NCBI GenBank assembly: GCA_024137785.1
Contig: JAHRHZ010000215.1
Span: 740,309-804,308, forward strand
Length of the DNA stretch: 64,000 bases
Direction: 5' to 3'
Source: Ginglymostoma cirratum
Lineage: Eukaryota
Position numbers and translations under genes: made by a program. A model generated the notes under the pieces. It made no database searches and was not told the DNA's origin. It was given only the letters and a program-made list of their open reading frames with translations. Shown here piece after piece: positions 13,401 through 25,400 of this stretch (the first letter of the stretch is position 1; every line of letters starts with the position of its first letter).

Positions 13401-16400
13401 GAGGAGGACTGAAAAAAAAATTAAAAAGTTAATTGCACATCTCCAAGCATTTTACAACAATGGTTGTGTTATATGCAATTCATCCATGTACATCAAGGTT
13501 CCACATACACCAAATGAGAAAGATAGACTATTTTTAGTGATTGGCCAAAACACAGAAATTAGTGCCCTCCTACCAATAGTCCAGCAAGTCACAACCACAC
13601 AACAGGCAGTCAGGGTGTCAGTTCATTGTTCATCTGAAAAACGTACCTCTAACAGTGCAGCACCTCCTCTGGAGTCCACTGAAAGTATCAGCTTAAAGAC
13701 ACATTCCCATCTGTACTAAAGCTCAAAACTGGCAGCCGCCATTGCCAGCTCTGCAGTCCAGTGCAATGCATGATGGGAGGTGATGGCCTAGTGATATTAT
13801 CGCTGGACTGTTAACCCAGGGACCCGGATAACGTTCTGGGGACCTGGGTTTAAATCCCGCCACAGCAGATGGTGGAATTTGAATTCAATAAATACCTGGA
13901 ATTTATTTTCCTGACAATGTCGGGAAGAACCCGTCTGGCTCATTCATATCCTTTAGGGAAGGAAGTTGCCATCCTTACCCAGTCTGGCCTACATGTGACT
14001 CCAGACCCGCAATGTGGTTGACTCTTAACTGCCCTCTGGGCAATAAATGCTGGCCCAGCCAGCAATGGCCTCAACCTACGAATAAACCAAAAAAAAAAAG
14101 AGTGCATTTCTCCACTATAGAGGGATCCAGAAGTTCTAGCCTGAGGGTGTACTAAACCAGGTTATGGAATAAAAGTCTTATGATCTAGTGTCAGGTCAGA
14201 TTTGGAATCTCAAAATACCAGATTACACGAACACTGCAAGCTGCAGCAGCACATGGTCAAAATGTCTGTTTTCTTATGGAGAAGGTCTCAGTGACATAGA
14301 ACATAGATCATAGAAATGTACAGCACAGGCCCTTCAGCCCACAATGATGTGCCGAACATGACAGCAAATTAAACTAATCCCTCCTGCCTGCTCTTGGTCT
14401 ATTTCCCTCCATCCCTTGCATATTCATGCGCTTATCTAAAAGTCCCATAAATACCCCTACATTATCTGCTTTCACCACCACCCCGGCAGAGCATTCCAGA
14501 CTCCTACCACTGTGTAAAAAAAAACTTACCCCTCACATCTCCTTTGAACTATCCCTCTCTCACCTTAAATACATGGCCCATAGTATCAAACATTTCATCT
14601 CTGGGGGAGAAAAAGATTCTGACCGTCAATCCTATCTAGGCATCTCAGTTTTATAGACTTCTATCACTTCTCCCTTCGGCCTCCAATGCTCCAGAGAAAA
14701 CAACTCGAGTTTTTCTAGCCTTTCCGTATAGCTCATACTCTCTATTCCAGGCAGCATCCTGGTAAACCTCTTCTGCACCTTCTCTGGAAGAAGAACTGAT
14801 GATGTGCAGAAGGTTTTGGCGAACTCTCTGATGATAACACTAATACAATGCACAGAATTGAAACCATCACTGTGAACTGTCTTCGAGATATAAATTAGAC
14901 CAAAAAAAAGTGGATAGTGGGTCTCAGTTAAGGACAGCTCACCATTTTAAACTGGTGCAACTTTTATTCCAAGATCAAATCATCATTTTAAAACAAAGTG
15001 TCACAAGGTATTTACAGCTTGCAAGTGTCAGTAAGCCCATTGAAAAAGTCACCAAAACCCTGTAGTGTTGTGATATCCACCAGAGCTGTGTTTTAAAGAT
15101 TTGAGGAATTTTCACAACCACAAAGCCACCTGAAAATCTGCTACATGTTTATATGTGGCTGTGAGCAGGTTTTAACAACTTGGTGGTACTGGCTGTAATG
15201 AACTTCTTGCTTGTTCATTTGTGCAGGTAATAAATCTTTTCAGCACTGTTTCTAGTTTAATAACATCCTTTCCATAGTAGGACGACCAGTACTGCATGGA
15301 GTACTCCAAAATTGGCCTTAACATCCTGTACAGCTGCAACAAGACGTTCCAACTCCTATATTTAATGCTCTGACTGGTGAAGGCAAGATTGCCAAAAGCT
15401 TTCTTATCATCCTGTCTACCTGTGGCTCCACTTTCAAGGAGCTATGAACCTGTACCCCTAGATCTCAACATTCCCCAGGGCCCTACCATTGATTATGTAA
15501 GTCCTGCCCTGATTTGCTGTTCCAAATGCAAAAAACCTTGCATTTACCTAAATTAAACTCCATCAGCCTTCCTCAGCCCATTGGTCCAGTTGATCAAGAT
15601 CTTATTATTCCCAGATAATTTTCTTTACCTGTCCACTGTACCAAAAATCTTGGTGTCATCCGCAAACTTACTTACAAACTTACTAAATTCTATGGACCAG
15701 GCCTATCCTTTTCCATAGCTATTTTAAAACTAATGGAATTATAGTCACTGGTTCCAATGTGCTCCCCCTCTAACACTTCCTTCACTTGCCCTGCCTTATT
15801 TCCCAAGAACAGGTCAAGTTTTGCCCCTTCTCTAGTAGAGCTCTTTACAGACTGCACGACAAATTCTTCCTGGACACACTTAACAATATTCACTCCATCT
15901 GAGCCCTTAACATTATGGCAGTCCCAGGCAATGTTAGCAAAGTTAAAATCACCTACTATTACCACCCTATTATTCTTGCAGCTATCTGCGATCTCCTGAC
16001 ATATCCGTTCCTCAATCGCCTGCTGACTACTGGGGGGCCTATAGTACAATGCTATCGAAGTGATCTCCCACTTTTTTATTTCTCAGTTCTACCCATATAG
16101 ACTCACTGAATGAACCCTCAAGAATGTCTACTCTCAATACTGCTGTGATGTTCCGCCTAATTAAAAACTCAACTCTCTCTCCTCGCTTGCCTCCCTTTCT
16201 ATCCTTCCTATAGTATCTGCACCCCAGAACACTGAGCTGCCAGTCCTGTCCCTCACTCAGTCATGTTTCTCTAATAGCTGTAATATCCCAGTCCCACGTA
16301 TCCATCCATGCCCGAAATTCACTGGCATTGTGTGTCAAGCCTCTAGCATTGAAATGAACACAGTTTAACCCGGACTTCCCTTGCTTCTTGCCATGCTCTT

Positions 16401-19400
16401 GCCTCCCCGTCTAATACTAGGATTACCAACGCTACCTTTACTATTTAGTTCAGGGGCAACTTTCTAGATTTACTTTGTCTGCTTGCTCAATGATCTTCCA
16501 TCACATCACCTTTTTGTAAACCTTTGAGGCCAAAAACTCAAATTTTGTCCATCCATCCAGTTTTTGGAGACCTCAGACACAAGGGATCAGGATCACAGCC
16601 CTTTCTGCACTGTCGCACACGAATGTCCTTAAATGTCACACGCAATTTGATTATTGGCATTTTTGGCTCAACTGGTCTGCTGGCTATACACTGAGTTCTA
16701 TTTCCAATTTTTAACCATGTTTTGGGCAGATTCTTTGTACTGCCCATCCCTCAATTTCTGAAAGGGTGTCTGCCTGCAAAATATTGACTTGTCTTTTAGA
16801 AGCCAAATGCTTCTGACATGTTGCGTCCTTCAGGTTTTATCTAATACAATTTGTTTCCATTTCCAGGACTTCCGCCCTCCCACAAAACGACAAGCAGTCA
16901 GCGTGACTTGAACAACAAGATGGAAGTGGATATGAACAGTCTAGCATGGATCAAGGAGGTGTGCCAGCTATTGAATAGTTTATCAACTTGTTTCTCCTCC
17001 AATATTTGGCTCAATTCCCATGCTTCCATTAAACCAACAGTCGCACTGCTCAAGAGGTTCAACCCACTTCAGTTAATTTCACAAGAGGGACTCAGACTAA
17101 TAGAAAAGGGACATTAATCATCTGAGCAAAATGTACCAAGCAATTAAAAAGCTCCCAAGTGTACAAAGCAACTTGCAGAACACGGCTATACCAGCACAAT
17201 GAGGCTTGGTGATATAATAAGACCAGGAGATGCGGCCCTCTTAGTGCACAGTGGTGGTGTCCCTATCCCTGGACCGAGGCGCTTGGGCTCAAGTCCCACC
17301 TACTCCAGCGGTGTGTAATAACATCTCTGAACAGTTTGATTAGAAGAACAGGCTAAATAAAAATAAGACCATTAGATATAGGAGAATTAGGCCATTCAGC
17401 CCATACAGTTTTCTTCACCATTCAATCATGGCTGATTGGGGCAGAAGAAACATTCTCCCGCACTCTCGCCATAATCCTTGATCTCCTTACCAATCAAATA
17501 TATCTCTCTCTGTCTTAAAATATATTCAATGACTTAGCCTTCACAGCTCTCCACAGCAATGAGTTCCACAGTCACCACCCTCCCGCTGAAGAAATCCCTC
17601 CTCATCTTGGTTCTAAAGGGTCATGCTTTCACTCTAAGGCTGCACCCACAGGTCCATGTTTCTCCTACTAATGGAAACATATTCTCCCCTTCCACTTTGT
17701 CCAGACTTCTCCATATCCTGTAAATTCCAATCAGATCACCCCATCCTTCTAAACTCCATTAAGCATGGTCTAATTAGGGACAGTCAACATGGCTTTATGC
17801 AGGGAAGATCATGTCTTACGAACTTGATTGAATTTTTCGAGGAGGTGACAAAGGTGATCATGAGGGTAGAGCAGTGGATGTTGCCTACATCGATTTTAGT
17901 AAGGCTTTCGACAAAGTCTCTAATTACAGGCTCAACCAGAAGATTAAGATGCACAGGATCCATGGAGACTTGGCCATGTGGATTCAGAATTGGCCTGCCC
18001 ATAGAAGGCGGATGTGGTGGAAGGGTGCTTTTCAGGATGGAGGTCATGACTAGTGGCATTCTGCAAGGATCCACACTGGGACCTCTGCTTATATATGACT
18101 TGGAGGAAAACACAGATAGGTGGTTTAGTTAGGTTTGCAGATGACACAAAGATTGGTAGAGTTGTGGATAGTGTAAAAGGTTATCAAAGAATACAGCAGG
18201 ATATAGATCAGTTACAGGTACGGGCAGTGAAATAGAAGATGGAGTAACTGAGAAGTGCTGCACTTTGAGATGTGAAATGCTAAGGAAAAGTATACAGTAC
18301 ATAGCAGTACTCAGAATGGCATTGATTTACAGAGGGATCTTGGGATTCAAGTCCATCGCTCCCTGAAAGTGGCCAGACAAGTAGATAAGGTGGTAGATGT
18401 ACAGCATGCTTGCCTTTATTGGTCATACTGCAGTTTTATGAGACTTTGGTTGCAATTCAATTTTGATTGCAACATTACAGAAAGGATGTGGAGACTTCGA
18501 ATAGGGTGCTGAAGAGGTTTACCCGGATGCTGCCTAGATTAGACGGTATGAGCAACAAGGAGAGGCTAGTAAAACCCAGCTTTCTCTGGAGCGGCGGAGG
18601 CCGGGGGGAACTTGATAGAGGAATTTTATAGAGGTCTATAAAATTATGAGATGCATAGAGAGGGTTGACGGTCAGAATCTTCTTCCCCAGAGTGTTGAAA
18701 TGTCTAATACTAGGCGGAATGTATTTACAATGAAAAGGGGAAAAGTTCAAAAGAGATTTGAGGAGCAAGTTCTTTTTTTAAACACAGAGAATGGTAGGAG
18801 TCTGGAATGCACTGCATTCCAGGTGGTGGTGGAGGCACATACGATACGGGTGTTTGAAGGACTTTTAGATAAGCACATAGATGCGCGAGGAATGAAGGAA
18901 TATGGACCAAGGTCAGACAGAAGGAATTAGTTTAATTTGGTGTCATGTTTGGCACAACATTGTGGGTCCTGTGCGGTAATTTTCTATGTTTTACAGATCC
19001 ATAGTCTTCAACTGCTCCTCATGTGACAAATCCTTCATCCCAGGGTTCATTCCTGGAAACCTCCTCTGAACCGCCTTCATTGCCAACACATATTTCCTTA
19101 GATTTGGGCCCCAAAACTGCTCACAATATTCTAAATGTGGTCTGACCAGTGCCTTATACAGATTCAGCAGTGCATCTCTGATCTTGTTTTCTGGCCCTCT
19201 TGAAATGAATACCAACACTGCATTTGCTTTCCTGGCTACCATACTGAACCTGCACAATAACCTTAAGAGAATCTTGAACTAGGACTCCCAAAACCCTTTG
19301 CACTTTAGATTTCCAAAACCTTTCCCTGTTTAGGAAATAATCTCTCCCTCTGTTCTTGCGACCAAAATGTATAACCTCATACTTTGCCGCATCGTATTCT

Positions 19401-22400
19401 TTCTGCCACTTCTTTGCCTACTCTCCTAATATGTCCAAGTGCTTCTGCAGCCTCCCCGCTTCTTGAACTCTACCTGTCCCTCCACCTACCTGCAACATTA
19501 TCTGTAAAAATACACTGTCAAATTCAATTTAAGGACAGCAATCCCTTGCAATGGGGCTGACATATTTCTTTTTAGAAGAGTGCTGCGAGCACATAAAGGC
19601 AGGATGGGAAATTCGTCTTACTTCTAAGAAAGGTGCATAAATTCTGGGCTGAGCCTACCAGAGGTTTTGGGTGCTCTATCATTTAAAGCTGGGATAGGCA
19701 ATTTATTGAATGGTAGCTCAAGTTGGAGGTGCTGAATAGCCTCCTCCTGTTCCCATGCACAGAGGTCCAGAAAGCCGTTAATAAAAGCTGGGTATAATGC
19801 AGCAAGTGATCATTTTAGCATGCAGGTTGCATGTGGGCGCGTTGAGGGAGATTAATCCCTGCCATACACATGAATACTTGCTATGAAATTAAAAGGGAAA
19901 ATTATACAACAAGCTCTACCGTGATTTGGACTCGCTGCATCACCAATTGCTGTTAACTTTAATTTGGGACGGAGACTGGGCGAGAACTGGATTGGAGGAG
20001 AGAGCGAGCTACACCATATGTTAGAAACATGCCAACTGTATCTGCAACTCAAACTGTTGGACTGATCTCACAGGTAACAGGAGCTGTGATGCTAGTAGTT
20101 GGCTGTGAGCAAAAACAAATTTTATATTGTTGAACAACTGAGTGGAGATCTGGGGGTCAGGAGGAAGTAGATGTGAAAGTGTGACTGACCCGAATCACAG
20201 CAAGACCTGCCAAAGGTTCACACTACAATGTCAAGAACACTTCAGAAGGCAACTCAGTCTTTCAAAGACTAAATATGAAAGGAATTAAACCCTTCTTTAT
20301 TACCAGCTGTAAAGTCAGCAGCTCTGTTGATCTCCATGTGTAACACTCACTGATAGGTTTTGAATTGCATCAGTTGGCACAAAAAGTGAGGTGTTTCTGA
20401 ATAAAAGGCAACCATTCAGCAAATCTTAGTCCATCACCCATTTGGACTTGCTGGTTGGTGAGATGAAGGGTTTGTCAGGAGGTGGTGAAACATGGGGAAG
20501 GAGGGTGTGGGAGAGTTAATGGGATGGGAGGGAAGCTCCCAAACAGTATAAACAGTAGAATGAACTGTTCTTCTGTGCTAAAGATTGGATACAAACCCTC
20601 TCAAATCCCTCTGATGCAGCATTTTGTTGTTCCTTAACCAGTTCCAAAGTTTTCAGCTCCACTGTTATATTTGGAGGGACATTTGTACGCTGTCCACCAT
20701 GTATAAACAGGGATCTTTGTGCTATTAAATTGACTTTCTTGCACTGAACCAGTGTTTCCTTGCTAAAGAAATTTTCTGGAGTGAACTCTTACACAATATT
20801 TGCAGCCTTATTGTATTTGTGTGCCTTGTCCATTATGTTGGAAGTCAATAAATCCACATGAAACAATGGAAGTAAGCAATTTTCACAAAACATGAGGCCA
20901 ATGCATTCAATGCAACCAGCACAACATCAAACATTAAGCAACATTACAGTTACTGACCCCACAAGGCAGCACAAAGTATTTCAGAATTAAAACGTTTCTT
21001 GTATTTGCGTATTTCGGGCGTATCACTGTGCGGTCGTGTATTGGCCGGATTGACATTCACCACCGAGCACTTCCTGTCCTCATACTTCAGTTGGTTTAAT
21101 CCGCCTCCATCACCGATACTTAAACCTAAAAGCGGAAGAGAGAATCAATCATCATGCTTAATTGGAGAATCAACAAACCTAATCCAAACCCCCGTGCATC
21201 ATTTGGCATTCTGGCTTGCACTGACCATTGTCCAGAGAGACCCTTGAGGACTCAAGCGTCAATTGCATTTTTAGCTATTCACTGCTAGAGAGGCTGAAGG
21301 AACCAGATTGCTGAAGTGGAGACTGGTTGCACACTGTCATTTCCTGACAGAGGGACAGATAGGATCAGGAACCCTCAATGAAAGCTGCTTTCTACTGTTA
21401 AGAACCAATGGAGGAGGTGGTTCTACAGATTGAAAGCATCCTCGGATAAACCCGCAGGTAAGGTTATTGACATGCAACACTTGAGAGAGATTCTTGAAGC
21501 CCAAGGCAATCGAATTCTTTGATTTGTGAAGCCTATTACTTGCAATGAAGATAAAAATTCCTATACCCTACCCACTTGAAAGAAATGACTGATATTATCT
21601 TGACTACCCCTGTATAAAGTAATTTTTCTAACTATCATATTCCATAGCTCCAAGCTGTGACCAGCCGGTTAGAGATCAGGTTTCCAACTAAATCTGGTAT
21701 GAATTAGATTGCAAACGACCACAGCATGCATTGGCTCAACATTAGACAAGGCTAGATCACAAGAATCTGAATTATTTCAAGAACCACATCAGAAGCTCTC
21801 TGGCTCATAAACCCATCAAAACTCTGATAAGTTCCAATTAACATACAGAAAGTGCTGGACTCTAAAGGTGAAGTACAATTAATTGCAGTGTCCCTTTGAA
21901 GTAATGCTTTGCAGATTTTGATTCCTGTAATTTAACATTCATATTGTAAAATAATCCGTTAATCATGTGGAATTTAATGGTCAGTTTTGACCAATGTGAG
22001 TATAAGAGTCAGCAAGAGGGGTAGGAGGGTAGGAGTAAGTGAGCAAGGAGATGGCAGCATCGCCACAGACTGCAGCATCTTACAACTATTAGTAATTGAT
22101 TACTTCGAAAGTCCCAATCATGATTAGGAGCTGCTTCGTAAGTTTGCAAATAGGCCATCGGATACAACTTGTGTTGGCTCATGACAGAAAGCACGTGCGC
22201 CACCTGCTGGTGCTGCTCTCAATAAACATGATCCAGGTTCTTTCTGAAGCCTAACACAAGACAACCATTGGATTATCACTTGATGGCCGAGTCTTTGGGA
22301 AGTGATGCATCAACAACAGGCCTGGTAAGCAAGGAATCTGTGGGCAAGACAGGGACTAAGCCAACTACTCAATTTCCTGATCCATCCCACGTGTGCCCTG

Positions 22401-25400
22401 ACAGTGGTTTCGGACCTAGAAGGTGCCAGATATGAATGGAGGAGTTGATTGGCAAAACAAAATATTCTTTTTCTCTTCCTGTTCTGATACTGGCAGGAGT
22501 TGATGAATTGCGCAGACAAAATCTTTACTCAAAAACACAATGTTAAGAAAAAGACTAACTATATTCTAAATCAGTCCTGATCAATGACAGAGGTCAGGAA
22601 ATCATTAGCAACCCCCATCCATAACACAGCAATTCCAGCAACACCTTGCTCTTTAAATTTTCACCATGATTTTCCAAGTTCTCTGGAGCCTCGCAACTAA
22701 GCATTGTGGCATCTGCCAGGGCAACACTTCCCACCCCCTGCTCCAACCACCGAGAATTCTGCGCTCCTCCAATTTGAGCTTTCAGCACAATCTTCCACAA
22801 AATTCCTTTGTCCAAATGCTGACCACGCTTTCAGATAATTAAACCATTTCCTCCAGCATTTCCTCCCCACAAAAACTCCTCTTACTTTCTCCTTCCTCTT
22901 GTTTCTCCAAGTCTACCTGTCCCTAATTACTTGAGGTGATTTGGGTGCAAAGTTTCATTTGACAGTCCTCCTTTGGGACACCTCAGAGAGCTTCACCATG
23001 CTAAAGGTGCTGAATTTGAAAATAGGGATGAAAGTTTTCAAAATGCAGATACTATCATGTAGTAAATGCATAAATGGCAACATGAGCCCAACAGTTCAGC
23101 TTTCTTCTTCCAGCAAGGCGAAGAGCAAATTAAGTCCAGTCAGGATAGATCTCCATACTCACCACCAATTTGTATCGTATCCCCACCAGCATCCATCTGG
23201 TACATTCCAAGATCAACAAAGGTGGTAAATGATGACTTCCCAGGCGATTTTACGAGGCCCCTTGACTGAAACTGTAATGACAAGGTGCATACTGTTGGAC
23301 CACACTTGCTGTGGCAATATATAAATCACAGGGTGATATACAATACAGATGGAGGCCATTCTGCCCAGGCCACCTGCCTCTTCTCTGAAAAGAGCTGCCA
23401 GTGAGTCCTACTCACCTGCTCTTTCCTCAAATTCAAGAAAATGCAAGATTGTTGGAAAATATTTGCATTTGAAAATTGCCACTATAACTACATTACCAGT
23501 GGAAGTTTAAAACATAGTTCTAAAACATACAAAATCAAAAATTTGCTCATTAAGCATTAGCCTGCTGTCAAAGATGATTCAACTTGAGCTAAGGGATTTA
23601 AATGATTAATTCCATTTCCTTTGATGAGGATTTTTAGCACTAGAACAGGCATAAACTATCCTGAGTAAGATGACCATTCAAATTTGTACCACTCCCTCAA
23701 ACTGCCTCCCAAACCTGCGCTCTAAATGCATCTCTTGCTTTTTGAGCACACAAAGTTCAACTAAAATCCCATCTTTAGTGCAGTAACGTTAGAAGTGGCA
23801 GCTGCTGTCCAACCTTTCCCAAAATAGCAAGTTGTGATTTATTTCCCAAGCTGTGCACAAAGGTTTTAGGGTAAAGATCAGGCCTAAAGTTATGACCTCA
23901 GGGTAAAATTTCTCATCTGGTCAGTGGTTTAGATCTGGAGAGCGAACATGCTTATCACCTTAACTGGAGGGTTCTCAATCCCAGAAACGTTTCAGAGATC
24001 AAACTACTTCCTGAACAAGACAGGCATGGTTTATACACAACATGGTGCAGTAAAGGAAGATGATGCAGAAAGGGTGTCGCTGCATAAATACAGGACAAAG
24101 TCAGAAATCACATGACACCACGTTATAGTCCAACAGGTTTATTTGAAAACACAAGCTTTTGGAGCCTCAGTTCTTTTTCAGGTGTTGCTGAAGTAGGATT
24201 GAGGCTCCGAAAGCTTGTGTTTTCAAATAGACCTGTTGGCCTATAACCTAGTGTCGTGCGATTTCTGACTTTGTCCACCCCAGTCCAACACCGGCATCTC
24301 CACATCGTAAATGTAGGACAACACTGTATGGCAGACTATTACAGGCAGTAATTCCAGATGAGGGCGTGTGACCATTTAATACTTATCCACACATGTTAGT
24401 GCAGGTGCATTACAGCTTCACTATTGTGTGCAGTTCTGGAACCACATCATAGGAGGGATCTGAGGGTGCAGAGGAGATTTATCAGGGTGTAGTCTAGGCT
24501 GGAGAGTTTTAGTTATGAACAGACATTAGATAGACCTTCTTTTCCTTTGAACAGAGAAGACTAAGGGAGGACATGATGGAGATGTATAAAATTATGAGGG
24601 CATAGATAGGGTAGATAGGCAGGAACTTTTCCCTCTTGGTGGAGGGATCATTGACCAGATGGCATAGATTTAAGGTAAAGGCAGGAGGTTTAGAGGAGAT
24701 GAGAAGACAGTTCTCTCACCCAAAGGGTGGTAGGAATCTGGAACTCACTGTCCATAAGGGTGGTAGAAGCAGAAACCCTCATAGCATTTAAGTAGTATTT
24801 AAAAGTGCAGTTGTGATGCCAAGGCATAAAAGGCTATAGGCCAAGAGCTTAAAAATTTGATTAGAATAGGTAGGTGGGTGTTTCTGACTGACGCAGGCTC
24901 GATGGGTTGAAAGGCCTTTTTCTGTGCTGTAGACTTCTCAGACCCCATGACAGTGCTCCTACAGTGTCTGATTGAGAGAACTTTCAAATTAATCCCATTC
25001 CCAAAGTCTGACAAATGCTTTCACCTGAAGCATTTGTCCGAATCTTGTGTATACCACTACTGAATCTGCCTCCACCACCTTTCACCTCTCGACAAGCTAC
25101 AATGAGGTTTGGATACTGTCATAATTTTACAATAACACAGTGGGGGCTACAGTCAAATCACAGCATTACTTACCTCTGATATCCCATCATCCTGCTGAGA
25201 GGTAGGTCCCTTGGGATCAGTTGGGGAATGGCTCTGCCGCACTAAATCAGGCAGGTTAACATGACTTGTGAAACCATTGCTGTCTGGATGATGGACTCCT
25301 CGTTCCTCCTCAGGTGTCTGTTGACAGAGACAAAGTTTCACATCTCTCGTCGCTTCAAAGCTGCTTGCAACCTTTCTTTAAGCCTCTGGCACCGGTGTGA

